Assembly (NCBI GenBank): GCA_965218095.1
Contig: OZ244587.1
Location: 5,984,001-6,048,000 of the forward strand
Direction of reading: 5' to 3'
Origin: Candidatus Poribacteria bacterium
GTDB taxonomy: Bacteria; Poribacteria; WGA-4E; PCPOR2b
Length of the DNA stretch: 64,000 bases
Shown: in pieces, positions 51,737 to 61,532 of the stretch
How the letters are laid out: the number at the start of each line of letters is the position of its first letter
Numbering within the stretch: position 1 is the first letter of the stretch
Notes under the pieces: generated by a model
Seen by the model: only the letters and a program-made list of their open reading frames with translations
Databases searched by the model: none
What the model was told of the DNA's origin: nothing
Translations under genes and position numbers: made by a program

Positions 51737-54205
51737 TCAGTGGGCAAAACGGAAGGTATACAACTTTGCCCGGTCGAGCGCAAAGTGCAGTTGCACAGCC
51801 CGGCCGACGAGATGCTCGCGATCCCTAGACTTCCAGGTCACCGTATGTGCTGTATCGTCCCCAGAAAAAGGAACACAGTCGCTCAGCGCGTAGCCGGGGA
51901 TCACCACGTTCGCGCCGTCCCGAACCTCCATCCGGACGCTCCCTCCCCCCTCAACCGCTGCGTTGATCACGATGCCATTCTCTCCAGCGAGGAGGCGCCG
52001 GGACGTTAGATGGGCTATGGTATCCACCGGTTCCGCGTGTGCTAAGCGGCCGATCTTGCAGCGAGCCATCGCAGGATATGTGCGGAAGGACTCGCGCTGC
52101 TCGAAAACCTCCTCCCATGTCTCGAAGCCACTCATGTCCTTGTAGTGGGAGAAACGTTTCTTGAACTGATCAAGGCTCCCCTTGAAGCTCGACGCCTTTC
52201 CCGAGTAGTGAAGGGACGGCGACGCGCTGAAGGGAAACCACCACTCTTCGCCAAACTGGTAAGCCTGCGCGTCCTGGGCGCGTGCCCAGCCACCGCAGTA
52301 GGTCCCAGGGGTGGTAAGTTCAATAAAAGGATGGCGTTCCTTCGTGAATCGATGCCAGCGAATGAGATCTCGACTCCAGGTGAGTTCGTGCCACAGGCGC
52401 CCACTCCAAAGTTCGTAGTGCAGCACGCTTCCGAGATACATCGGGCTCTTCGCAAGCGCACATTGCGGGTAGAGGGAACGCTTGAACCCCGTGGGCGCTT
52501 CTTTGCCCACAAGCTTGCTTCCGATGGGCCCGATTGCGCACATCGCGTAGTACACAGTTCCGTCCACGTCGAATTCGTCTGGACTCAGCGCAAAGCGACG
52601 CTCCCAAGTAAAGCCGTCGTTCGTCCAGAGAACAGCGATGCAGCGCCTTGCGTGACAGAGGTTGTCGCTGGGCGCCCAGTGCGGCGGGTAGCCAGGGGGC
52701 GTCGGCCGAAAGAAGTAGAAAAGCCTTTGCGATCCGTCGAGATTCGCATGTCCGCGGACGGTCTCGGTGCAGTGCCAGAGGTTTTGTCCGACCCCACCAT
52801 ACATAATGGGCTCACGGGTGAGTACGACGAAGTCACCGTCACGCTCGATCATCGGACTGTAGCCGCGCGGTCGACCGCGAAAGATGCTGTCACCCTCGGG
52901 ATGTTCGGGGATGGCGCGAGCCTCAATGATACGCTGGCACTCCTCCGGAAACCCTCGCTTCCAGGCAGGTATGAGGATCTCGCTGAGGTCGATCGGTCCA
53001 TCGCGATCCGGATCGTAGAAGCGGAAGTTTGCGTTTTCGATAGCCCGACGCGCCTCCTCGGAATTTTCGCCAAACTTGCCAGAGAGGTACTTTGTCGGCG
53101 CGTTTGAAAGAATGTTGTTCGCCTTGCTCCCCTGAAACTCGACGCGTCCCAGATTGGGCTTCTCCCACTCCAACCCATCTTTTGACACCGCCAGAAGATC
53201 CGCGAAGCGAAGCGCGGCTGCTTCTTCCGCCCGCTCAGGACGATACGTCGAGGTTCTATAGATGAGGCGGAACTCCTGCCTTTCTTCGTCGTAGGAGATC
53301 TCATGGACGCTCAAACCATCCAACTCCCAAGGTCGATCCGATTCAATCAGCGGGCGGTCGGGAACCCTGGGAGCCGGATCAGGACAAAAGCGGATGTTCT
53401 CAACGCTTTCAAAGAATGTTTCGTCTGTCAGAAAAACCGTGCCCGTTCCAAGATCCATCGGCGTGGAAGGCATGGTCGAGGTGGAAAGCTGAAGCGAGTT
53501 GCTGGCCTCCTTCGTAAAGAGTCGCACGCAGTAGGCGCCCACGGACTCGCCGTCGTGCAGCACACGCAAACGGATCCAGTAGTCGGCGCGCCCCCAACCT
53601 TTCGTAGAGAAAGTCTTTTGCGAGCGGCGACCATCTACGCACATGCGCCAGGGCCCAGCAAGCGGCTCATCGGTTCCCGCGAGCACAACGTCTGCCTCAA
53701 GTTCGCATTCGGACACCCGATCCGGCACCGTACACACATGAAAGGCAGCGTGATCTGCGTCAATGTAAATCGGCCTCAATGGCGAGCATTCCAGAAACTG
53801 GCGATCCGAATGCGTTGCGGGTGGATCGCCGCTTCGCACGCGATAAAAGTCGTAAACGTCCAGCCGGGTGGAAATCGCTTGAGGCGAAACGCCCTGCTGC
53901 TCAAAGCAAGCCGTAAAAATATAGTCCCCCTGTATCCACCGTTTGTCCCATTCAGGCGTGAAATCTTCGGTGGTGCCGGCTTTTTCGGGGCCTTCCCACT
54001 GCCCATCGTCCAGCAGCGGGTAGAGTACATCAAACTCGACCCCGCCATCCTGAATCTCCACCGCACGTTCCATACTCTGGCGGTAACCGTTTGGCTGAGT
54101 GACGTTCAGTGACACCCTTGCCTCACCATCGTGCAGCGAGAGGTTCTTGAGCGACACAGCTACCCACCAGAAGTCCTTTGGTTTCAACTCCATACACGAG
54201 CTCAT
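51737..54205 (-). CDS. Large uncharacterised protein with a beta-propeller glycosidase-like core
   Basis: About 820 aa; SKDGLEWEKPNLG..EFQGSKANN, TNDGFTW, WSRDLIRW; C-terminus similar to ORF 64-681. Confidence 0.8.
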   Translation of the reverse strand: MSSCMELKPKDFWWVAVSLKNLSLHDGEARVSLNVTQPNGYRQSMERAVEIQDGGVEFDVLYPLLDDGQWEGPEKAGTTEDFTPEWDKRWIQGDYIFTACFEQQGVSPQAISTRLDVYDFYRVRSGDPPATHSDRQFLECSPLRPIYIDADHAAFHVCTVPDRVSECELEADVVLAGTDEPLAGPWRMCVDGRRSQKTFSTKGWGRADYWIRLRVLHDGESVGAYCVRLFTKEASNSLQLSTSTMPSTPMDLGTGTVFLTDETFFESVENIRFCPDPAPRVPDRPLIESDRPWELDGLSVHEISYDEERQEFRLIYRTSTYRPERAEEAAALRFADLLAVSKDGLEWEKPNLGRVEFQGSKANNILSNAPTKYLSGKFGENSEEARRAIENANFRFYDPDRDGPIDLSEILIPAWKRGFPEECQRIIEARAIPEHPEGDSIFRGRPRGYSPMIERDGDFVVLTREPIMYGGVGQNLWHCTETVRGHANLDGSQRLFYFFRPTPPGYPPHWAPSDNLCHARRCIAVLWTNDGFTWERRFALSPDEFDVDGTVYYAMCAIGPIGSKLVGKEAPTGFKRSLYPQCALAKSPMYLGSVLHYELWSGRLWHELTWSRDLIRWHRFTKERHPFIELTTPGTYCGGWARAQDAQAYQFGEEWWFPFSASPSLHYSGKASSFKGSLDQFKKRFSHYKDMSGFETWEEVFEQRESFRTYPAMARCKIGRLAHAEPVDTIAHLTSRRLLAGENGIVINAAVEGGGSVRMEVRDGANVVIPGYALSDCVPFSGDDTAHTVTWKSRDREHLVGRAVQLHFALDRAKLYTFRFAH

Positions 54206-54419
54206 TCTTCTTCTCCTATTACGCATTACGTTTTGGTTTCATGCATCGCGTTTCACTTCCTATGACACAAGGACAACTCCACTCCCTACCAGAGAAATCG
54301 CCAAAGCTAACGAGATCGAGATCGAATTCATCCGCAAAAACCGCGAGCCGCGGAAAACGCTTCTTGTCATGTCTCGCTGCGTCTGGCGTGCTTGCCATGA
54401 TCATGAAATGGGTCGCCGC

Positions 54420-54902
54420 TTAAAGCTGTACCGGGTCAAACACATGCTTCCACGTTGTTTCCGTCACGCTTGCAAAGTTGACATCGCCGAGTTGTGTGAG
54501 ATCTTCGAGCAATTGCTCCGCCTGCTCCCGCGTTGCGCAGCCAACCGTCCAGCGCTCCAAGCCATCGTGCTGCGTTTCCATGCCGATTTTGAAGCAGCGG
54601 TTTTTTTCGACAACCTGCGAGCAGAACCCCTGCGGCGAGCATCTTGCTTTCCAGCGAATGAATGCCCACTGCGGTGTGCGCTCAAGCAGCTCGAACTCGT
54701 CATAGCCGGGTGTGCTGCCCAGGTAGGTCAACACGGCTTGTACATCGTCGTCACTGGGGTTGTGGATGGCCGCGACCTCTTCGACCATCGATTGCTCAAC
54801 CACGAAACCACCCGGCGAAACAAACCGAATGTGTGGCAAAGCGCGCGACATCTGGTTTGTCGGACAGTTGTTGTGAACAATGCTGAATTCGACTTTGAAC
54901 AT
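54420..54902 (-). CDS. Hypothetical protein resembling the N-terminal domain of archaeal HTH-10/Bat-like regulators, lacking an HTH
   Basis: F.I.H..CP...SR..P...; DGLERWTV...REQAEQLLEDL...GDV; RBS GGAGAGG. Confidence 0.6.
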   Translation of the reverse strand: MFKVEFSIVHNNCPTNQMSRALPHIRFVSPGGFVVEQSMVEEVAAIHNPSDDDVQAVLTYLGSTPGYDEFELLERTPQWAFIRWKARCSPQGFCSQVVEKNRCFKIGMETQHDGLERWTVGCATREQAEQLLEDLTQLGDVNFASVTETTWKHVFDPVQL

Positions 54903-55347
54903 CCGTTGTTCCTCCTCTCCGTGATTTGTCACCACCAATACACCAGGTGCATTAGAAAGCCTCTGTTTCGCGATTGGAGCCGCATAAGGGTTATACCATT
55001 CTAGTGCTATACAGCATAAATAAACCCATCTGCGCCAATTCCTTCCACATCCGACAAACCGAAAACGGTTGTTTGCCGACTGACGCTTGAAAACCCAAGA
55101 GGGCCGCCGTCAACCGTAAAACGACTGTTAGGATCTCAGACAAATACTGCTGGTGAGACATGAAACCTCGCCGCGAGAGCTTGAAGGCCCTTGACTCTAA
55201 GCTCTTGTTTACTATTAAGGAGCTCCGAGACAATGTGTCGTCAAATCCGGAGATCGACCAAGCAATGAGCATATCGGTATAAAGCGAAATCACGCTTATG
55301 AGCGCTCGGAGCGTGATATCAAAATTCCTATCAGATCAAAATACGCC

Positions 55348-56334
55348 TCACCTTTTTACGTGTTGTCCCGTCACCTGGACCAACCCCGTCCCAACATTCA
55401 CTCGGGGCAGTCGGCGTAGAAATATCACCACCCCATCCTGCTCGGCAGTGACCTCATCTGTCACCTGGCCGAAGAAATCTTCAATAGTCCCCAGGCGTTG
55501 ACCGACACTGACCTCATCTAGCAAGCCAACATCAGGCCGGAAGAAACCTGCCGCCGGGGCAGAGATCACCACATCCAGATTGCCGTCCCCTACTAGGTGA
55601 TAGATGGTCGGTCGGGGCTGCGGCTCACCCGGCGCCATCCCCAAATGTTTCATGACGTTGAGCACCCCCTCAATATAACAGTCCACATCATCCGGCGTGG
55701 CCCGACCTCCGCCCGGAGTTTCGGTATAAAGCCAGGGGACGCCAAACGCAGTGGCGGCGCTGACGCTGCGGCCCAGTGACACAGGCGGTGGGTGCCCCCA
55801 CAATACCGGTGCGCCAAAAGCTTTGGCGGCAGCTTGGGATTGTTGGCCCAACGCATCGTCGCTGTGCAGATAGCCGATCAGGGTCGGGATGTTGGACTCA
55901 ACGCCACCGCTGTGAAGGTCGATAAAAAAGTCGGCTGGTTTGATGAGCTTGTGAGCGAGCCAATAGGCGATGCGCTGGGTGATCGTGCCCCGAACATCGC
56001 CGGGAAAGACACGAGCCAGATTGAGTCCGTCAATGGGGCTGTTGCGAATGCCGGCCTCGTAAGCAGGCATGTTGCAGACGGGGATCATCACCAGTGCGCC
56101 GCGCAAAACGTCGAGTTGCACCTGTTCAAAAATGCGGGGTATCGCTTCAACCCCCTCATATTCATTGCCGTGGACAGCGGCGGTGACGACGAGCGTCGGG
56201 CCGGTTGTGGCGCTCGTGACGTAGAGCAAAGGCAATCGCCAAGCGCTGCCGTCTGCCCGAGGGGCGACATCGAGCCAGCCGGTCGCTTTTTCTCCGGAAG
56301 GAAGTTGGGAAATATCAAATGCTTGAAACCGCAT
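55348..56334 (-). CDS. Succinylglutamate desuccinylase/aspartoacylase family (M14) protein
   Basis: AAVHGNEYEG, NLARVFPG, IDLHSGG, TETPGG; C-terminal biotinyl-like hybrid motif. Confidence 0.92.
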   Translation of the reverse strand: MRFQAFDISQLPSGEKATGWLDVAPRADGSAWRLPLLYVTSATTGPTLVVTAAVHGNEYEGVEAIPRIFEQVQLDVLRGALVMIPVCNMPAYEAGIRNSPIDGLNLARVFPGDVRGTITQRIAYWLAHKLIKPADFFIDLHSGGVESNIPTLIGYLHSDDALGQQSQAAAKAFGAPVLWGHPPPVSLGRSVSAATAFGVPWLYTETPGGGRATPDDVDCYIEGVLNVMKHLGMAPGEPQPRPTIYHLVGDGNLDVVISAPAAGFFRPDVGLLDEVSVGQRLGTIEDFFGQVTDEVTAEQDGVVIFLRRLPRVNVGTGLVQVTGQHVKR

Positions 56335-56493
56335 TGTTTGTCCTCTTAGAAAACTCACGAGATCCGCTTAATATTAAGGCTTATCGCTGGCGCTATATGA
56401 TGGATCTGATAGAAGAAGTCGCGAGTTGGATCAGACACCTCGCCTAACTGGAACATTACCTACCGTGCGTGATGGACCACTTTGACTTCGACC

Positions 56494-57354
56494 TTATTCT
56501 ATCGTGGGACCATCACCGGCAAGGGTGGTGCGGTGCAGAATGCGCTTGTGATTTCCACTGTCCCAGGGGCGTCCCCGGTGCAGACAGCAGCGGTTGTCAT
56601 AAACAACGAAGTCATTCACTCGCCATTGGTGGCAGTAGACGAATTGCGGCTGTGTCGACCACTCCAGCAGTTCCTTCAACAAGGCTTTGTCCTTCTCGAT
56701 CGGCCAGCCGATGACGCGAGATGTGTAAGAGCCAACAAAGAGTGCCTTCTTCCCGGTCTCGGGAATCACGCGTACGAGGACCTGATTGACCGGAGGTGTC
56801 TCTTTCTGGAATGCTTCGCTCATCAAGTTCGGAGCGATCTGAGCCCGTGAGTTGGCAAGGCTATGCTCGACGACCAGGCCCTCCAGGCCAGCCTTTTTCT
56901 CCTCGGGTAGGGATGCATAAGCGGCGCAGAGGCTGGCGAATTCGGTCTCACCGCCTTCAGGCGGCACGACCTTAGCCGAGAGCAGCGAGCCTCGCAAAGG
57001 TACACGCTTGAACGAACCATCGGAGTGCCAGAGCGTGTTGGCAACGGTATACAGCATCCGAGGATCTTCTGGCGGAATGATTTCGCCATTCTCATCGAGG
57101 TTGGAAATGATGCCGATCGGCCCCCCGTTGCCGATGGGGTCATTCACCATCGTCATTTCGAGTTGACCGAAGCGCTTGCTGAAGGCGACGTGCTGTTCGT
57201 CCGTGATGTCCTGATCCTGGAAGACAAGGACGGAGTATTTGTAAAAGGCATCGCGAAGTTGTTCAAATGTCTCGTCATCAATGGGCGATGTGATGTCAAT
57301 GTCCTGAATTTCCGCGCCGATGTGCTCTTCCAGTTTGCTAATCGTGACCGTCAT
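56494..57354 (-). CDS. TauD/TfdA family dioxygenase
   Basis: IGAEIQDID, WHSDGSF, GGETEFA, YDNRCCLHRG, RILHRTT. Confidence 0.95.
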   Translation of the reverse strand: MTVTISKLEEHIGAEIQDIDITSPIDDETFEQLRDAFYKYSVLVFQDQDITDEQHVAFSKRFGQLEMTMVNDPIGNGGPIGIISNLDENGEIIPPEDPRMLYTVANTLWHSDGSFKRVPLRGSLLSAKVVPPEGGETEFASLCAAYASLPEEKKAGLEGLVVEHSLANSRAQIAPNLMSEAFQKETPPVNQVLVRVIPETGKKALFVGSYTSRVIGWPIEKDKALLKELLEWSTQPQFVYCHQWRVNDFVVYDNRCCLHRGRPWDSGNHKRILHRTTLAGDGPTIE

Positions 57355-57533
57355 TGCGTTTCCTCCTCAACTCGTCGCGTAGCGTTGTCAGCTTCCAGTG
57401 TAGTGCCTAGTTCGGTGCCCTGGTCTCCTTTGTGACCTGCCTCAATTTTTCTAGACACCAAAACCGGTATCCTTTAGCAGGGATTTTGGGCTGACTTCCT
57501 TTATCTGCATGAGTGTGGCGTGTCACAATCGTC

Positions 57534-57791
57534 TTAGAAAGATCCGAGTTCATGTTGTAGAACATCCGCTCCAATTGCCGAAACCTTGTCCTGAAGGTAG
57601 ATCGCAGATTCTAAGTTGACGGCAAGCTCAATCTGAGGTGCAAGCTCGGCTGGAATCGTCATTTTGGGAACATCAATAGCTTCTGCTTCACGAGTGGTTT
57701 GGTGGCTCGTACCTATGCAACCAATGAGACATGAAATGGTCAAGAATAACGCGCACCTTGCGATATGACTCGCTCTAGATGGTTGTTCCAT
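57534..57791 (-). pseudogene. Possible lipoprotein N-terminal fragment
   Basis: LTISCLIG-C lipobox-like motif; short. Confidence 0.35.
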
Positions 57792-57993
57792 TACGGTTTT
57801 CCCCTCTTCTGTGCATCGTGAAAACCGATCTCTAATACACACCTAACTTTTGATTATGCTCATTATAATCCTTTATGCTAGATTTTTTCCGTATAAAATT
57901 TTCCCCAGAATTTCTCACTTGAATCAATTTCCAAAACTTGATAAAATAGAAACCAAACGGTTGACGAAATTATACAATCTTTCTAAACCGCAG

Positions 57994-58377
57994 TCAACGG
58001 AAAGTTGTGGAGGAAAAAATGCAATGACGCCCCAAAAACTCCTCGTAAAGCGCGATTCCTCTGGCTACTGAATGTGCCATGGTGGTGCGTTGCGCGATAT
58101 GTTCTTTGAATCGAGCCACATCAAAGAAGATTAATTGTACTTTTTCATCCAGTTGTTTTTGCATTCCCCACTGCTCTTTGGGGCGAACAGCAGTTTCTTT
58201 CACGTAGAGCACATCCACATCGCTTTCGGGTCCAAAATCCCCTGCTGCAATACTTCCAATGATCACAATTGCCTGGATATCAATATAGTGTTCCAACAGA
58301 TAACTACAGGCATGCGCGACCATTTCTCGGTACGTTACGGGAACATGCTGGAGGTGAAGTGCTCCCACTTGAGCCAC
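57994..58377 (-). CDS. Minimal nucleotidyltransferase (MNT) domain protein
   Basis: IIGSIAAGDFGPESDVDVL motif; GTG start after AGGAG; no HEPN partner visible. Confidence 0.75.
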   Translation of the reverse strand: MAQVGALHLQHVPVTYREMVAHACSYLLEHYIDIQAIVIIGSIAAGDFGPESDVDVLYVKETAVRPKEQWGMQKQLDEKVQLIFFDVARFKEHIAQRTTMAHSVARGIALYEEFLGRHCIFSSTTFR

Positions 58378-58406
58378 TTGTTCTCCTTCTTGTTTGCAAC
58401 TTTGGA

Positions 58407-58481
58407 AACTTCTAAGCCTATCGTAGAAATTCCCCACGCATAAGAAATAGGTGAGACTCATGGGGAACTTCTAAGCCTATC
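58407..58481. repeat. 16-bp direct repeat flanking a short hairpin
   Basis: AACTTCTAAGCCTATC at 58407-58422 and 58466-58481. Confidence 0.85.
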
Positions 58482-58490
58482 AAATTGTAC

Positions 58491-58520
58491 TTGCATACAC
58501 AATAGAGATTGTGCTACAAT
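58491..58520 (+). promoter_or_regulatory. Promoter candidate for gspG
   Basis: TTGCAT-18 bp-TACAAT with extended -10 TG. Confidence 0.5.
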
Positions 58521-58552
58521 GAGGCACATTTTTTATTGAAGGAGGTTACCGT

Positions 58553-59005
58553 TTGAGAAAAATTGTCAATCAACAGTCCGGTTTGACATCCACGCAGCTC
58601 CTCGTCGTGGTCATTGTCATCGGCATTGCAGCAGCGGTCGTCTTAGCACCACGCATACTCGGTCAAGCGGGCAAGGCACTCCAAGCCCAGGCGGCTGAAG
58701 AGATCGAAACGATTGGCATCGCACTTGACGCCTACGCGAAAGACAATGGGGATTATCCATCGACCGAACAAGGGCTGGCAGCACTCTGGGAAAAACCTGA
58801 GAAGCCACCAATTTCCATCGACTGGAAGGGGCCTTACTTGAAGGTTCCTATCACAAAGGATCCTTGGGGGAACGATTACATCTATATTCGTCCCGGTGTC
58901 CATGATCGATACGGCTACGATTTAATCTCCTTCGGCAGGGATGGACGCGAGGGAGGAACCGGCGACGCAGAAGATGTGGCAAGCTGGATCCGTCCGGACG
59001 AGTAA
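58553..59005 (+). CDS. gspG: Type II secretion major pseudopilin GspG-like protein
   Basis: ALDAYAKDNGDYPSTEQGLAAL, WKGPYL, KDPWGNDYIY, SFGRDGREGG. Confidence 0.92.
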   Translation: MRKIVNQQSGLTSTQLLVVVIVIGIAAAVVLAPRILGQAGKALQAQAAEEIETIGIALDAYAKDNGDYPSTEQGLAALWEKPEKPPISIDWKGPYLKVPITKDPWGNDYIYIRPGVHDRYGYDLISFGRDGREGGTGDAEDVASWIRPDE

Positions 59006-59722
59006 TCAATCTGAGGCGGAGGAAATCGCGGCTTTCAGATCCAAGGTGCCCGTATAAAGCGCTCGCCCGATGATTGCACCGTAAACGCCGATTGTTCTGA
59101 GGGCTTCAATATCTTGAATTGACGTGACGCCGCCGGAGGCAATGAGGTTAATTGATACAGCTTTAGCAATCGCTTGGGTGGTTTCCAGGTTAGGCCCCTT
59201 GAGCATGCCGTCGCTTTTGATGTCTGTGTAGATGATGGTTTGGACGCCAAGGGTTTCCATCTCTCTGGCAAACGCAAGGGCGGGTTTTTCAGACACATCA
59301 AGCCAGCCTTCTGTGGCGACCATGCCCTCTCTGGCATCAATACCAACAGCGATCCGGTCACCATATCTCTTGCACGCTGCTTCGACCAATGGCGAGTTTT
59401 TGAGCGCCGCCGTACCAAGAATCGCCCGTGTTACGCCAAGCTCCAAAACCCTTTCCAGCCTGTCCATCGTGCGGATGCCGCCCCCCAACTGGATGGGGAT
59501 GTGAATCGTATCGGCAATTTCCTTAACGATGGGAAGATTGTCCGCTGTGCCTTGAAACGCACCATCAAGGTCTACAAGATGGAGGTATTCAGCCCCATCT
59601 CTCTGCCATTGCTCCGCTATTTCCACAGGCTGATCAGAGAAGACCGTTTCTTCCTCTGCACGCCCTTGCAGCAAATTCACACATTTGCCATTTCGGAGAT
59701 CGATTGCCGGTAAAATTAACAC
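59006..59722 (-). CDS. hisA: ProFAR isomerase HisA
   Basis: ILPAIDLRNGKCV, LHLVDLDGA, QLGGGIR, YTDIKSDGML, ASGGV, GRALY; GTG start. Confidence 0.97.
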   Translation of the reverse strand: MLILPAIDLRNGKCVNLLQGRAEEETVFSDQPVEIAEQWQRDGAEYLHLVDLDGAFQGTADNLPIVKEIADTIHIPIQLGGGIRTMDRLERVLELGVTRAILGTAALKNSPLVEAACKRYGDRIAVGIDAREGMVATEGWLDVSEKPALAFAREMETLGVQTIIYTDIKSDGMLKGPNLETTQAIAKAVSINLIASGGVTSIQDIEALRTIGVYGAIIGRALYTGTLDLKAAISSASD

Positions 59723-59814
59723 TGTTATCTCACCCAGATAAATTTGACGGTTTTCTTGAAAATGAATCCAACCTTTGGAAGGTTTAACTGCTAGTTGAAA
59801 GAAAGGAATCGCCA

Positions 59815-60543
59815 ATGCGCCCGGTTATCGGCATCACTTGCAGTTTAACAGTGAGTGCTATCAATGGTTCAATGTATACTTTAGAGCGTAACACCATCGC
59901 TCGTGATTATGCTCGTGCCATCGAATATGTTGGCGGTGCTCCTCTTCTTTTGCCACACGTTGAGGATTCAGCGTGCATTGACCAATACATGGGGATGCTC
60001 GATGGGCTTGTCCTCTCCGGCGGCGGTGACATCGATCCGTTACTGTTTGGTCAAGAACCTCATCAAAACATTGGCAGTATTGACAGGGTGCGCGATGAGA
60101 TGGAGATTCAACTTACTCAAAAGGCATTGGATCAAGACTTGCCGATTTTCGCAATTTGTCGCGGCATCCAGATGCTAAATGTTGCTGCGGACGGAACGGT
60201 GTACCAGGATATTGCATCGGAAATGTCCCAGCCAACTTTGCGCCATTCACAGGCGGGGGCTGGCTGGTATGCTTCACATACAATCGACATTCTGTCCGAC
60301 AGCCGTCTTCACCAAATCATTGGCAGCACAACAGCCCGCGTCAACTCGTTCCATCATCAAGCGGTGCGGGATGTCGGCGAAGGGTTTACCGTAACAGCCA
60401 AAGCAACAGATGGCGTCATTGAGGCGATTGAAGATCCGACGCATCGTTTCGCACTTGGAGTCCAATGTCACCCGGAGATGATGTGGAAACGACACCCCGA
60501 GTCGCTGAATCTGTTTACGGCGTTTTTGAAGGCGTGCCGATAG
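59815..60543 (+). CDS. Gamma-glutamyl-gamma-aminobutyrate hydrolase family (peptidase C26)
   Basis: RPVIGIT, LSGGGDIDP, AICRGIQMLNVA, VNSFHHQAV, GVQCHPE. Confidence 0.95.
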   Translation: MRPVIGITCSLTVSAINGSMYTLERNTIARDYARAIEYVGGAPLLLPHVEDSACIDQYMGMLDGLVLSGGGDIDPLLFGQEPHQNIGSIDRVRDEMEIQLTQKALDQDLPIFAICRGIQMLNVAADGTVYQDIASEMSQPTLRHSQAGAGWYASHTIDILSDSRLHQIIGSTTARVNSFHHQAVRDVGEGFTVTAKATDGVIEAIEDPTHRFALGVQCHPEMMWKRHPESLNLFTAFLKACR

Positions 60544-60595
60544 CGATTAGAAATACGGAGACAGAACAAAGGTGTAGTTTGACAATATTATCTTA

Positions 60596-61532
60596 ACCCA
60601 AGTTGCCACCTATTATCGAATAGGCGATTGAACTCAGAGTTGATTGATACTGCTGGCTAATACAAACAAGACCACTTTCAATTCAAATCCCTGTCGTGTC
60701 ACCGCATGGATACAACGGGGGAGCAATCTCTCAATTAAACTCCCAACCGTCTCAACAGACTTACGATAGTAATTAGCCAAATAGGTCTCCCATGGCGGGT
60801 AGGCACGCTTGGAATTCTGCTTGCGTATCGGCTTTAATTCCACTTCGACTGTTGCAACTATATCTTCTATCTCATAGTTATTGTACGCTTTGTCACCGTA
60901 GACTCGACTCCCCGGTGGCAAGTCGAAATCAAACCACTGTAACCCTTCAACGTCGCCTGTGCCCGCTGAGGTCACAAAGAATTCAACCGGTTGTTGGCTC
61001 GCGGTCACTAGCAGATGAACCTTCAAGCCATAGAAATACCGACGTTTGGACGCTTGATAGCCCCGAAATGCCTCATCGGTGTAGAGTTTCGACCGACAAA
61101 TACGAATATTGTCACAGACCGCAATCGGCATAGTATCCATCACATAGATTTTCTGTTGATTGAGTTGTACATAGCTTTGTGCCAAGATTTTGAACAATGT
61201 GATGAACATCGGTTTAATTCGATGAAGTCGTCGATTGAATCGACTCTTTGAGAGCATCTTTGGGATATAGCCATGAGTGTGGAGAAAGTCTCGAGTTGTT
61301 TGAAAGTTTGCCCCAAAAAACAGGGCAGCGACGCCGCCGGTGGTCATCACCTCGGCATCAGACATCTGAGTTTGTGGGTGCGGTCTCGGGTTAAAGGCTT
61401 CTAAGAGCTTGTCACAGAGATAGAAAATGGTTGCAATTTGTATGTCCATGGGTTTCTCCTTTGAGGTGTTATGGTTGACTACCTCAATTTTAACGGAAAA
61501 CCCATGGATTTTCAATTACTAGCAACTTGGGT
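60596..61532 (-). mobile_element. IS982-family element with an intact transposase (60634-61449)
   Basis: Same TIRs as 19831-20749; imperfect 7-bp TSD TATCTTA/TATATTA; YFYGLKVHL, GDKAY, RKSVET. Confidence 0.95.

Noticed and set aside
54991-55340. Gene or IS in this gap
   Set aside because: Only short interrupted frames; nothing assignable.
58407-58481. Mini-CRISPR
   Set aside because: Only two 16-bp repeats, and no cas genes in the window.
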